Virus record (IMG/VR): IMGVR_UViG_3300028888_000006
Location: 34,614-98,613 of that record
Strand: one strand, 5' to 3'
Origin: a virus
Taxonomy: Duplodnaviria; Caudoviricetes
DNA length: 64,000 bases
Shown here piece by piece: positions 1 to 9,227 of this stretch; the first letter of the stretch is position 1, and each line of letters starts with the position of its first letter. Both the position numbers and the translations under genes were made by a program. Under the pieces are notes generated by a model, which was given only the letters and a program-made list of their open reading frames with translations, made no database searches and had not been told where the DNA came from.

Positions 1-2417
1 TCTTCAGATCCTGATTCAGCCATGAAATTCATGAAACGAAGCGGATGGATGCCGTCCACCCAGTATATCTTCTGGATGTCTTCAGTCTCGTAATAGACAA
101 CGGACTCTATCGGATGGTCAAGCGAGAACCCGAGATTTCCGGAGAAAAGCATATCAGACTTGAAAGAGTCGCCATCGTAATCTATCCTGTAGATATAGTC
201 AACAGATTCTTTCTCTTCCGTATCTTGATCGATATCGGAACCGCTGTTTACGACAGTGACGGTGCATCTGGCATTAACGGTAGGATTATCCTTCGCGCGG
301 ACAGTAATGACAGCAACGCCAACGGCAAGCGCCTGGATGTGGCCATCTTCGCCGACAGATACAATGCTCGTATCGGACGAGGACCACAAGGACATTTCGG
401 CGGCAATAGTCCGATGGCCATCCTCGTAAGTGACGGTAGCCACAAGATTACTGGAGGTTCCGACCTGCATTCTGACATTGCTGCTCGACAGACTTATCGA
501 CCTGACATTCAATTCGGGGTGATTCGGATCGGCTGACGGGATATCAGACTCGTCGTCAAATACAGCAACGGTTACAACATCCTTTATGACACCGCCGTCA
601 ACAGACGCGGTAATGGTAGTGTACCCGGCTCTGATACCGGTGACATTACCACTCGCATCGACAGTCGCTATAGACGAGTCCTGACTTGTCCAAGTCACGG
701 TCTTGTCGGTAGCATTGCTCGGAGTGATACTTGCCGTCAGTTTTGCGGAAGTATTCTTTACAAGGTTGAGGCTCTTCGGAGAAACCGAAAGATTGGTCAC
801 CTGGATGTAACCTCCGACAGAAACCTGACAGGTGTCTGTATATCCACCGTCTACCGTAGTTACAGTAACAAGAGCATTGCCTTTGCCAACGCCGACGACA
901 TTGCCATTCTGGTCAACAGCAACGATATCGGAATTCGAACTCGACCAAGAGACATCCTGAATATATGCGCCATTCGGATAAATGGTGTAACTAAGATGCG
1001 CCTTGGCTCCGACGCCGAGACTGAGCGTATTCCTGTCAAGCTTGATTCCGGTAACAGCCTTATTGATGGGCACGAGATAATCCGTCGGGTCTTCAACGAC
1101 GTGAACGGTCAGAAGTCTCGTTACGTTCGGGAATTCCTCACAATAGACATTGTAGTATATGACGCCGTCCGGAACATCGGCATTTGCGCGGATGTATATA
1201 CGATACTTTCCGTTCTCGGTTGTATCGCTGAAAACGGAGACATTCGCGGTGGTCGTTCCATCAAGTCTCTGAACTTTGATGCGCCCGCCAACATCGCCAT
1301 TGGAATTCTTTCCGAAAGCAAGAACAACTCCATCTGCTCCGCCCTTCTGGACAACCTTGACATTCTCCGAAAGCTCTATCTCGACGACATCCGTTGGCTC
1401 TGGAGTCACTGGCGAGATATACTTTTCGTAATGCCCACCAAGTACCTCAACCCAGACTGGATAATAGATATACGGATTGGACTTGAGGTAGAAGGTAACC
1501 GGGACGATACCGTAATCATAGCCGCGGGCTATGCGGACAAAGTCTTTCTCTGAATTGATAAAGGATACGACTCTTGTCTCAGGAATAATCCATCCTATAT
1601 CCGTCGTATGGTCTTCAATCTGTTCGAATTCATCATTGTCGTAAACGACTAAACTCGTCTTGAACGGATTCTTCCTTATTGCTGTAGATTCGTAAATCGA
1701 AATATCGTCGTTATAATAGAACTCGATGCTGTCATTTCCACAAACAAGCCGAAGACCTTCATCTTCTGTTTTCTGATTGACGACATGGACGGTGCAGGTT
1801 GCGATGCCGAATTCCGGGTATGTAGGATTGTAGACCTTTATATGATATGTACCGGCAGAGTGAGCCTTGAACCATGTTATCGTATTCGTTCCTCCAAACT
1901 CCTGCTTGTATTCAAGCGTGAGTTTATTTACGGACTGCTCGTCAGGAACGAATTCCCAACGACCACGATAGTTCTGTGACTTGACGAGTTCGCTCTTGTA
2001 ATCGCCACCCATACCCCTTGCGCGGACGCAGAACAGCTGGTTCTTCTGAACCGTTACTTCTTCCGGCGCAAGAAAGATAGTATAAGGGATGTGATAGTTT
2101 TCTCCAGGAACCTCGTCATTGGCAACGACATTGACATTCAATATCGCATATTTACTGCGATCTACAACCGAATAGACACGAACAGTAGTAGAACCGGCGG
2201 ATACACCTTTGATAGTTATAACCGTATCATAGTAATCCTTATACTTGGCTACGGAACCGCCAACATAGCGAACGACATCCTTGTCTTCGACTATGACCTC
2301 GACGACACTCTTGTCTACAGCGCCGGTATCAGTAATTACTTCGGCCTTGATCTGGACCTGTTCATTCTTGTTGACAACGACGCTGTATTTTGATAACCGT
2401 ATGCTTGCAATGGACAT
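1..2417 (-). CDS. Ig-like (Big_2-type) domain array fused to the C-terminal part of the tail muzzle/stabilization protein; runs off the window edge
   Basis: Not in the ORF track (no stop in window). Hand translation from ATG 2417 (MSIASIRLSKYSVVV...) stays open to position 1. Contains Big_2-like repeats (TASITPSNATDKTVTWTSQDSSIATVDASGNVTG) then DYIYRIDY...FSGNLGFSLDHPIESVVYYETEDIQKIYWVDGIHPLRFMN, recognisable as crAss muzzle sequence. Confidence 0.85.
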   Translation of the reverse strand, partial: MSIASIRLSKYSVVVNKNEQVQIKAEVITDTGAVDKSVVEVIVEDKDVVRYVGGSVAKYKDYYDTVITIKGVSAGSTTVRVYSVVDRSKYAILNVNVVANDEVPGENYHIPYTIFLAPEEVTVQKNQLFCVRARGMGGDYKSELVKSQNYRGRWEFVPDEQSVNKLTLEYKQEFGGTNTITWFKAHSAGTYHIKVYNPTYPEFGIATCTVHVVNQKTEDEGLRLVCGNDSIEFYYNDDISIYESTAIRKNPFKTSLVVYDNDEFEQIEDHTTDIGWIIPETRVVSFINSEKDFVRIARGYDYGIVPVTFYLKSNPYIYYPVWVEVLGGHYEKYISPVTPEPTDVVEIELSENVKVVQKGGADGVVLAFGKNSNGDVGGRIKVQRLDGTTTANVSVFSDTTENGKYRIYIRANADVPDGVIYYNVYCEEFPNVTRLLTVHVVEDPTDYLVPINKAVTGIKLDRNTLSLGVGAKAHLSYTIYPNGAYIQDVSWSSSNSDIVAVDQNGNVVGVGKGNALVTVTTVDGGYTDTCQVSVGGYIQVTNLSVSPKSLNLVKNTSAKLTASITPSNATDKTVTWTSQDSSIATVDASGNVTGIRAGYTTITASVDGGVIKDVVTVAVFDDESDIPSADPNHPELNVRSISLSSSNVRMQVGTSSNLVATVTYEDGHRTIAAEMSLWSSSDTSIVSVGEDGHIQALAVGVAVITVRAKDNPTVNARCTVTVVNSGSDIDQDTEEKESVDYIYRIDYDGDSFKSDMLFSGNLGFSLDHPIESVVYYETEDIQKIYWVDGIHPLRFMNFMAESGSE

Positions 2418-2429
2418 ATGTCTAATCTT

Positions 2430-2699
2430 TTATTCGCCAGTATTCGTTTTCACTGCATCGTCGTGAAGGAAAAGGATGATGTGATTCTTCAGAACATTCC
2501 AGCCGACAACCTTACCAGGAAGTTCCGGAAGCGGAATCTCCTTGGTTCCTCGTTCGTTGGTCACGGACAGAAGAGTGTCGTGATCGCGGGCAATGATGCG
2601 GATGTTATGATTCTCGTATGCAGAAGATTCGCCTGCCTTTGAAATGGACAGGTCGCGGTTCATGCCTTTGTTCTGTAAGACGAATGCCTTCTGTTTCAT
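2430..2699 (-). CDS. N-terminal 89-aa fragment of the muzzle/stabilization protein
   Basis: KGMNRDLSISK...NIRIIARDHDTLLSVTNERG resembles the conserved N-terminus of crAss stabilization proteins; position directly after the ring-protein gene. Confidence 0.8.
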   Translation of the reverse strand: MKQKAFVLQNKGMNRDLSISKAGESSAYENHNIRIIARDHDTLLSVTNERGTKEIPLPELPGKVVGWNVLKNHIILFLHDDAVKTNTGE

Positions 2700-2702
2700 A
2701 TC

Positions 2703-3440
2703 CTAATGTCTTTTCCAGTATTCCTTCGCACCATTGTCGAAGAACGCCTTCCAGTGCTGGTTGTTTCTCGGAAGCAAGGTCTTGAACGAATTGAACAGCG
2801 TTTCCGCCTTGTCGAGATCGAGACGGGAGAATTCGTTCTGAGCATCACCCACAGACCAGCAATACTCCTGCTGCGCATTGGCAAATACCTGCTGCGATAT
2901 CTTCCCCATATCGAACTGGATAGTGAACCACTGTAGTTTAATGTAGTTCTCAAGTCCGCGAAGGAAAGACGCGTTGTCGGGAAGAAGCGGATAGCCCTCC
3001 TCGTCAACAGCGAAACCGCGATATGCAACTTCGACATCAACATCCTTCGTGGAGGTGAAGATGACCATTCCCTGCGTCTTATAAGTGAGTTCACCCGTGA
3101 GCAAAGCATCCGGCTTGATATCGGACATATGGAACGAATGACCGGAATAGCGATAGACCGGACCGAAGAATCCGGGCTTTCGGCAACAGTCGAGCCAGCG
3201 TTTTGCGTGCTGACGACCAGCCATTCTTACCTGGATCATCTCAACGAAATCACAGGGTAACTGACCGCGCCAGTTATGGATATCAACAATTGCCGTCTTC
3301 TCGTCATACAGTGCCGGAGTTCCCATCAGCTCGATGAAATCTACGGCGTATTCGACTGCGGTCTCGAAGGGGATGTCCCGCATCATCGGATGACGCATCA
3401 CCCTGTCGAGAATCCTTCGTATGTTTGTAGTCTGGTTCAT
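2703..3440 (-). CDS. Tail ring/tubular protein
   Basis: 245 aa; LPCDF and DEEGYPLLPDN motifs; synteny upstream of the muzzle gene. Confidence 0.75.
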   Translation of the reverse strand: MNQTTNIRRILDRVMRHPMMRDIPFETAVEYAVDFIELMGTPALYDEKTAIVDIHNWRGQLPCDFVEMIQVRMAGRQHAKRWLDCCRKPGFFGPVYRYSGHSFHMSDIKPDALLTGELTYKTQGMVIFTSTKDVDVEVAYRGFAVDEEGYPLLPDNASFLRGLENYIKLQWFTIQFDMGKISQQVFANAQQEYCWSVGDAQNEFSRLDLDKAETLFNSFKTLLPRNNQHWKAFFDNGAKEYWKRH

Positions 3441-3895
3441 ATCATTTCATTTCCATATTCCATTGGAACCCACGGACAGTCATAAGACTGATACAGTTCC
3501 TTCATCTTCTTGAACAGCTTCCTGTTTGCCACGAATCCATAGCACCTCAGGTTCTGCGTCTTGTCTCTTTTCGGAAGGAAGGCAAGACCGAATGCATTGG
3601 GCTCCCCATCGTAATGTCCTTTCTCCCAGTTGTAACTTCCATAACCGATAAATTTCTTTCCCATAAATCGTGGTCTCCTTCGTATCGTCACCGCTGCAAC
3701 CGTTCCAAATCCGCACGGAAGGTCTACTGCGCCTTCCTTTTTCAAATCTTCAGCAAGCAGACTGCAATATTCCTTGACGATAGCCGTATATGTATGTAGG
3801 TCTACCGGCTCATTCTTTCTCGTCCTTCTGACATACAGCTCATAGCCATCGGTCATGTCAGGATATCTTGCCTGCCCGCTGAATGCCAGTTTCAT
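3437..3895 (-). CDS. IHF/HU-like protein
   Basis: Basic 152 aa; VDLPCGFGTV hairpin-like motif; usual crAss position between ring genes. Confidence 0.55.
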   Translation of the reverse strand: MKLAFSGQARYPDMTDGYELYVRRTRKNEPVDLHTYTAIVKEYCSLLAEDLKKEGAVDLPCGFGTVAAVTIRRRPRFMGKKFIGYGSYNWEKGHYDGEPNAFGLAFLPKRDKTQNLRCYGFVANRKLFKKMKELYQSYDCPWVPMEYGNEMI

Positions 3896-4650
3896 TCTTC
3901 AGCCTCCTGTCTCGGTTTATATGTGCTGTTCTCGACAGGTCTCGGGTGTCTCTGCGGCGTTACAGCAGCGTCAGCCAATCCGTCCTTTGCATCGTTCTGC
4001 TTATCTTCCGGTGCATATCTGGAACCCATCATCTCCTGAACGGTGAGTTCGACGCAGGAAGGAATGAGCGCACTCTCAAGCGGAAACTTCATCTCAAGGA
4101 TATTGCACTTGCCGCTTCCGTCACCATCACAAGACAACTCAGCCGCCTTCCTCGGGTCGGAAAACACGGTAGTCATCCTGACCTTCTCCAGATACATGAA
4201 CTGCGGATGATTGCCGGTTATGTAAAGGTGCCCGTCATTGCTCTTTGCGGCATAGATGATATTCTTCAGCCACTTGTTATATCCGACATACGGCATTCTT
4301 TCCGGCGGAATAAAGGTCACGGTAGACTGAATCATATCGCTGATAGTGGAAAGCGTCGTGTTGGACACATTGATTGTATCCGGGATTTCCTCAATGGAAT
4401 GAAGCCAGAGCCCAGTACATCCAGAAGGCAGCATCTCTGTCGGCTCAAGCGTAAGACAGATGTCCTGAAGATTCTCGTCGGACATTGGTGTGAATGTCTG
4501 GTTGCGAGAATTCTTGTACTTACGCTCGAGTAGCAAGTTCCGGATATGCGATGCAAAGAAGATGGCATGCTCCTCGGTGAAGTGAGCGTCATCTGTCTTT
4601 TCCTTGAGCAAGTCAAGGACAGAATAGACTATTTCTCCAAATGTAGCCAT
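3892..4650 (-). CDS. Tail ring protein
   Basis: MATFGEIVYSVLDLLK...FTEEH start; FPLESALIP motif; synteny. Confidence 0.7.
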   Translation of the reverse strand: MATFGEIVYSVLDLLKEKTDDAHFTEEHAIFFASHIRNLLLERKYKNSRNQTFTPMSDENLQDICLTLEPTEMLPSGCTGLWLHSIEEIPDTINVSNTTLSTISDMIQSTVTFIPPERMPYVGYNKWLKNIIYAAKSNDGHLYITGNHPQFMYLEKVRMTTVFSDPRKAAELSCDGDGSGKCNILEMKFPLESALIPSCVELTVQEMMGSRYAPEDKQNDAKDGLADAAVTPQRHPRPVENSTYKPRQEAEE

Positions 4651-4651
4651 A

Positions 4652-5038
4652 CTAAATTACTCTTATATAGTCATCCTGCGTGTACCTGTCCTTATTCGGA
4701 ATGGCATTACCATTCTCGTCCACAGCATAGTCCTCCGTAATCCTGTTCTTCAGTACGCCCATGTACTCGTTGCGACCAATCGTAACCTTGTTCGTGCAGA
4801 ACACGGAATAAGGAAGCAGGCATCCGCCATTAGAGAACAGTTTACGCAGCGCGTTGTCTACGGCATTGTAATCCTCCTCGGAGAAGAACCGGTGCGTGCT
4901 ATCAACGAAATCGACGAGGAACAGGTAAAGCATGAAGCGGGACATCATTCCCGGCTTAATGTAACCAGTGTTCTTCAGGATATCGAAGTATTTGGTTGTC
5001 GTATCAAGGGCTCTGCCCTCGTCAATTACCTGTAACAT
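4652..5038 (-). CDS. Tail hub protein B-like
   Basis: YFDILKNTGY...CLLPY motifs; synteny. Confidence 0.6.
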   Translation of the reverse strand: MLQVIDEGRALDTTTKYFDILKNTGYIKPGMMSRFMLYLFLVDFVDSTHRFFSEEDYNAVDNALRKLFSNGGCLLPYSVFCTNKVTIGRNEYMGVLKNRITEDYAVDENGNAIPNKDRYTQDDYIRVI

Positions 5039-5045
5039 AGTTCAA

Positions 5046-5660
5046 CTATCTACAACCGCAACCAGAAGGACGAGCGCTTGTCGGCACAAACGGGTTGTCC
5101 GGAGAAAGAAGGAACTTGTTCCAAAGGTCGGAAACGAGGTTCCAGTCACAAGTGGACAGAGCCATCTTCAGTGCCTCCCAGAGAATGGCGAAGTGTTCGA
5201 AGCCCGTAAGATCCGGGCAGGGATTACAGCCATTGAACAGAGAGTTCACATAGGACATCCCCGTATTATAGAACGCCTTCCAATCGAGAATGGCGCCAAT
5301 CTTCACCTGATCATCGTATCCGCAAGGATAGTTAGGAATGGAATGGGGAAGAGTACCGTCGCAGTTGACAATGACATAGAACAGACCATTCCTGAAAGTG
5401 GACGTTCCCATATTCATCCTACCGAGAGCGGACTCTGCGACAGAAAGACGGACAGCCCTGACCTTGTTGTCGTCGTTCGTGTTCTCGTATATGCAGACTG
5501 CCTTGCTGGACGGCATGGAAGCGGCATTCGCATTTTTATAATACTCGAGATATACCGACTTGATATACATGTTCTTATAGATATCGACACGTTCTATCTC
5601 GCAGTCAATCAGAAGACAACTGTAATCATCGGATATTCGCAGCTCGTTGAAAGTAACCAT
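5046..5660 (-). CDS. Tail hub protein A-like
   Basis: Likely start MVTFNELRIS; C-terminal CGC; synteny. Confidence 0.6.
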   Translation of the reverse strand: MVTFNELRISDDYSCLLIDCEIERVDIYKNMYIKSVYLEYYKNANAASMPSSKAVCIYENTNDDNKVRAVRLSVAESALGRMNMGTSTFRNGLFYVIVNCDGTLPHSIPNYPCGYDDQVKIGAILDWKAFYNTGMSYVNSLFNGCNPCPDLTGFEHFAILWEALKMALSTCDWNLVSDLWNKFLLSPDNPFVPTSARPSGCGCR

Positions 5661-5684
5661 AACACATTTATTTGTCCAAATGTA

Positions 5685-5722
5685 AAAAGAAAAGGAGCTT
5701 GGATTCCAATCCAAACCCCTTT
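5685..5722 (-). terminator. Intrinsic terminator
   Basis: Minus-strand stem ggggtttggat/atccaagctcc (G-U pairs) followed by a U tract. Confidence 0.55.
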
Positions 5723-5746
5723 ACTTACAAAGGATAACCAAGTCTG

Positions 5747-6538
5747 TTAAAGCCCGTAGTGTTCTCTCAATATCCGTTCCATCTCGGAATTCCATCCCTT
5801 GACCGAATTGGATATCCACATCTTCTTACCTATCGCATTCTTGAATTCATCCACGTCCAACTTCCTCTCCCATACCTTATACTGATAATCGTTCGGTTCT
5901 TCCTCAATCACAACGTATTCAGAATCAGCATAATATGTATTGAAATACAACTGTTCCACGACACGGGATTTCTCATCACATTCATACTTGTCATAGATGG
6001 CGAACAGTTTATCCCAATCGTACCAGACGGGAAGATGACACACCCAGTTGATGGTGGGAAGCCTGTTTTTCATCAGGATCTTCTTCGTGCGATAGTTGTC
6101 CACTACCCAGGCGTTCGCCGACGTGAACGAGCCTTCTATCTGCATCTTCCTAGCCTTCGGCTTTTTCACGTCTTCCAGCGTGAAGTCCCTGACGGCATAG
6201 ATATCGTCGCAGGTGTAGATGAATCCCTCGGATTTAGGGTAAGCATTGAATACCGTCCTGAATTTGTTCACATGGTCGATGTGCGCCCAGTAATTTCCCT
6301 TGCCGGGCCATTTGACTCTCGGACATTTGATGAACGATATCTCACCTCCAGTATCAACTATCGGATGATAGTCGCCGACAATGACGATATGAAACTCTTC
6401 CTTGAAATGCTTTCTCCACCCAGTGACCGCGAGTTCCAGTTCCGTACCCTGTGCATCCTTGGCGAGATACGGTATGACTACGAGTATCATCTCTTCCAAA
6501 TAAACTGGGGCGAGATTATCCTCCCGCCCCAAATTCAA
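5747..6538 (-). CDS. Stealth-like / GT-A nucleotide-sugar transferase-like protein
   Basis: VIPY...ELELAVTGWRKH...IVIVGD...SEGFIYTCDDIY parallels Stealth CR2 (ELRYSLRS...FIYxNDD). Confidence 0.5.
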   Translation of the reverse strand: MNLGREDNLAPVYLEEMILVVIPYLAKDAQGTELELAVTGWRKHFKEEFHIVIVGDYHPIVDTGGEISFIKCPRVKWPGKGNYWAHIDHVNKFRTVFNAYPKSEGFIYTCDDIYAVRDFTLEDVKKPKARKMQIEGSFTSANAWVVDNYRTKKILMKNRLPTINWVCHLPVWYDWDKLFAIYDKYECDEKSRVVEQLYFNTYYADSEYVVIEEEPNDYQYKVWERKLDVDEFKNAIGKKMWISNSVKGWNSEMERILREHYGL

Positions 6539-6552
6539 CTTTGCGATTCAGC

Positions 6553-7572
6553 CTAAACGGGAGTCGCAGAAGAACCGGCAACACCAGCCATAGCAGCGGC
6601 GAGGGCATCGTAGATGTCTTCGGCTTCGCTAGTTGCCTGGGAACCGGAACCGGAGACCTCGCAAGCGAACTGAATCATGCGCGGGCTCTTCTGGACGTTC
6701 TCGGCGGAACCCTGCCAGAAATACTCGACGGAAACCAGGTCATAGGACTTGGACAGGTCCACGAGCGGAGTCGGCTCATAATTCATCGGATAGGCATAGC
6801 TGCGCTTGTCATCGCCACGCTCGCCCATGGTAAACGCCTCGAGATCGGCGATGCCATAGACGCTGGGGATGACAGTGTAGCCGGAAACGTCACTGTCGGC
6901 AACGGTGTCGGTACCCCAAGCGATATCGTCGAGATTGGCGTCATGCATGACGAAAGCCACGGAGAACGGATACTGCTCGTTGCTCTTCAGGCCACGACGA
7001 TACTTCTGCGGAGTCTCCACAAGGACGACACCGGCGGCAGCACCGGTGGCGGTACCAGCCTTGGCGATAGCCGGAGTGACTTCAGAGCCGTTGCTGAACA
7101 CGCGGGCAATCGGGAAGTCTCGCTTCGGCAGGACAAGGGCGATAGCCTCAGCCAGAGCCTTATGGAAGGCGGCAGCATTGGCGGTGTTGGTAGCGTTACC
7201 AACGACAGTGGCAACAACACGATAGGTGTCGTTCATGTCGTAGGAGCCGACCTGATGGAAGGTGATGATGCAGGACAGGGTCTTGCCAATGAGATTCGCA
7301 AGGGTGACCTTGTTGGTATCGATGGCAAGCGTATGCTTCTTCAGCTTGATGTCCATGTCCGCAGCGGCAGTGTTCTTCAAGCTGACGATGTTCTTCGGAT
7401 AGATGATATCCGTGCGAGTGAGCTGACCGTCGCCGTTGAAGTACTTGAAGAAAACCTCGCCGGTAGCAGCAGTGCCCATCGCCAGCTCACCGGCGGCATC
7501 AGGCTCCCCGCTCTCGAGGAAGCTCTTCACAACATAAAGGTTGCGAGTCTGGTAAGTGTTGAAATTTGCCAT
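6553..7572 (-). CDS. Auxiliary capsid protein
   Basis: MANFNTYQTRNLYV start; IADLEAFTMGERGD...VQKSP motifs; strong codon bias; synteny. Confidence 0.75.
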   Translation of the reverse strand: MANFNTYQTRNLYVVKSFLESGEPDAAGELAMGTAATGEVFFKYFNGDGQLTRTDIIYPKNIVSLKNTAAADMDIKLKKHTLAIDTNKVTLANLIGKTLSCIITFHQVGSYDMNDTYRVVATVVGNATNTANAAAFHKALAEAIALVLPKRDFPIARVFSNGSEVTPAIAKAGTATGAAAGVVLVETPQKYRRGLKSNEQYPFSVAFVMHDANLDDIAWGTDTVADSDVSGYTVIPSVYGIADLEAFTMGERGDDKRSYAYPMNYEPTPLVDLSKSYDLVSVEYFWQGSAENVQKSPRMIQFACEVSGSGSQATSEAEDIYDALAAAMAGVAGSSATPV

Positions 7573-7604
7573 AAGCTTATGAGTTATTTATTGGTTTCGA
7601 TTAG

Positions 7605-8294
7605 TTAGGAAAGCCAAACTGCCTTGGCCCTTCTGACAGCCTCCTCGAGAATCGCCTGATGGAGATGCTCGTTGAGCTTGCAAGTCTTGGCCTCGCTTTC
7701 GCCTTCGATGGTGAGTCCGTCTTCCAAGTCACACAGGATGATTGGTTCGGGTTTCTTGATGTACCGCACCGTATACTTCCCGATCTCGTAGTCGCTGACG
7801 AGTTCGGAGTATCGGGAAGAATACAGGCTGCTTCCAATTGCATCGGATGCACCGTAGGCAAGACGGAGAACCTTTTCGGTATTCTGCTTCCTGAACGGGT
7901 TGCGGTATGTACGCCAGAATTCATCCTGTGTCACCGGGGTCACAATCGCCGATTTCTCGCCACAGCCGTCCACGGATATCTTACACATCTCGAGCGTAAT
8001 GAACAGAAGGTCTTCGGGCAGTTCGTACACCTTTGAATTATCCACGATCCCGGGAGCGTCTGATGCCTCGCAGCAATCCTCCTGGCAAACAAGGTTGGCG
8101 AGATAGCTCGTCAATTCCTCGGTCTCCTCGAAAGAATGCTTGATGCTTCCGTTGTACAGACCAATGACGACAGCGAACTCGGCTTCGGTAAGAAAAACAC
8201 TCTTTTCATAGGAGTTATGACCGGGAGCCTGATTGCTGGTTATGTTCTGGTACAACAGGTCAAACCCGTTCTCCCATTCTTCGCAGTTCTTCAT
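7605..8294 (-). CDS. Tail ring protein
   Basis: FDLLYQNITSNQAPG..YEKSVFLT; YIKKPEPIIL; CKLNEHLHQAIL. Confidence 0.75.
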   Translation of the reverse strand: MKNCEEWENGFDLLYQNITSNQAPGHNSYEKSVFLTEAEFAVVIGLYNGSIKHSFEETEELTSYLANLVCQEDCCEASDAPGIVDNSKVYELPEDLLFITLEMCKISVDGCGEKSAIVTPVTQDEFWRTYRNPFRKQNTEKVLRLAYGASDAIGSSLYSSRYSELVSDYEIGKYTVRYIKKPEPIILCDLEDGLTIEGESEAKTCKLNEHLHQAILEEAVRRAKAVWLS

Positions 8295-9202
8295 TTGGCA
8301 TTACGGTTCTTTCCGACCTCGCTCTCGAGGATGAACTTGATATCCTGATGGGACGGAAGGTTAAGATACTTGGCGGCGATGGACAGCGTCGGGTCTTCAC
8401 CCATATCGCACAGCGGGGAATTGTCGGACTTCAAATAGTAGTGGTCGCCACGCTTTGAAAGAACGCCGATTTCCGTACCGCGACGGATGAGGACCTTGGC
8501 GTGAAGGAGAGGATCGGTAATCTGGGCGAGGAACTTCTTCGGGTCGCTTTCGATGAGCGAACTGATACGGGACTTGAGGAACACAGCCTTCTCGTTTGGC
8601 GAGTAAGGGCGGGCGTCAAGAAGTTCGACGAGGACACGCATGGTGTCAAGGTCGTTCTCGACTTTCATGAATTCCTTGTAGCTCTGCATCTTCGCATCCA
8701 TCTTGGCGGTCTCGATGGAGTCTTCCTCGTTTTCACGGACCAATTCGAACTGATAAGTGTTCTTAGGTCTGTCGATGCGCTCCTGAACAGAAGGGGCGAT
8801 AAGGTCGCTGTTGGCAAGAAGAACCTTGTACTTGATGTAGTCCTCGGGATCGGCGAGGTTCAAGTGCAGGCCCTCCTTCGCATTGTCAATGCGGACCTTG
8901 TAGTCGTCCCAGAAGTTGTTCTCCTTCTTGTAGACAGACAGAGCGTTGTAGTCAAGGCCAAGGGCTTCTTCAAGGAAATCCTTCTCCGCGTCGGTAAGCA
9001 CATTCTTGTACTTGCCGGTGGAACGGAGAACGGGAACCACGAACACGGAATACGCACCGTCAACACGGGAGCCGTAGGCAACATGGCTCTTCTCGAGCCC
9101 GTTGTCCTTCGGAACCCACCTGACATAGATGCGTTCGTTCCGTAGCGGATTGACCTTGACTTCGCTCATTTCTTCTTTAGCTTTTGCAGTTTTTCTTTCC
9201 AT
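8291..9202 (-). CDS. Conserved crAss protein encoded next to the major capsid gene
   Basis: 303 aa; LNLADPEDYIKYKVLLAN motif; synteny. Confidence 0.7.
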   Translation of the reverse strand: MERKTAKAKEEMSEVKVNPLRNERIYVRWVPKDNGLEKSHVAYGSRVDGAYSVFVVPVLRSTGKYKNVLTDAEKDFLEEALGLDYNALSVYKKENNFWDDYKVRIDNAKEGLHLNLADPEDYIKYKVLLANSDLIAPSVQERIDRPKNTYQFELVRENEEDSIETAKMDAKMQSYKEFMKVENDLDTMRVLVELLDARPYSPNEKAVFLKSRISSLIESDPKKFLAQITDPLLHAKVLIRRGTEIGVLSKRGDHYYLKSDNSPLCDMGEDPTLSIAAKYLNLPSHQDIKFILESEVGKNRNAK

Positions 9203-9227
9203 AATTATCTTCTCCTATTGTTACAGA

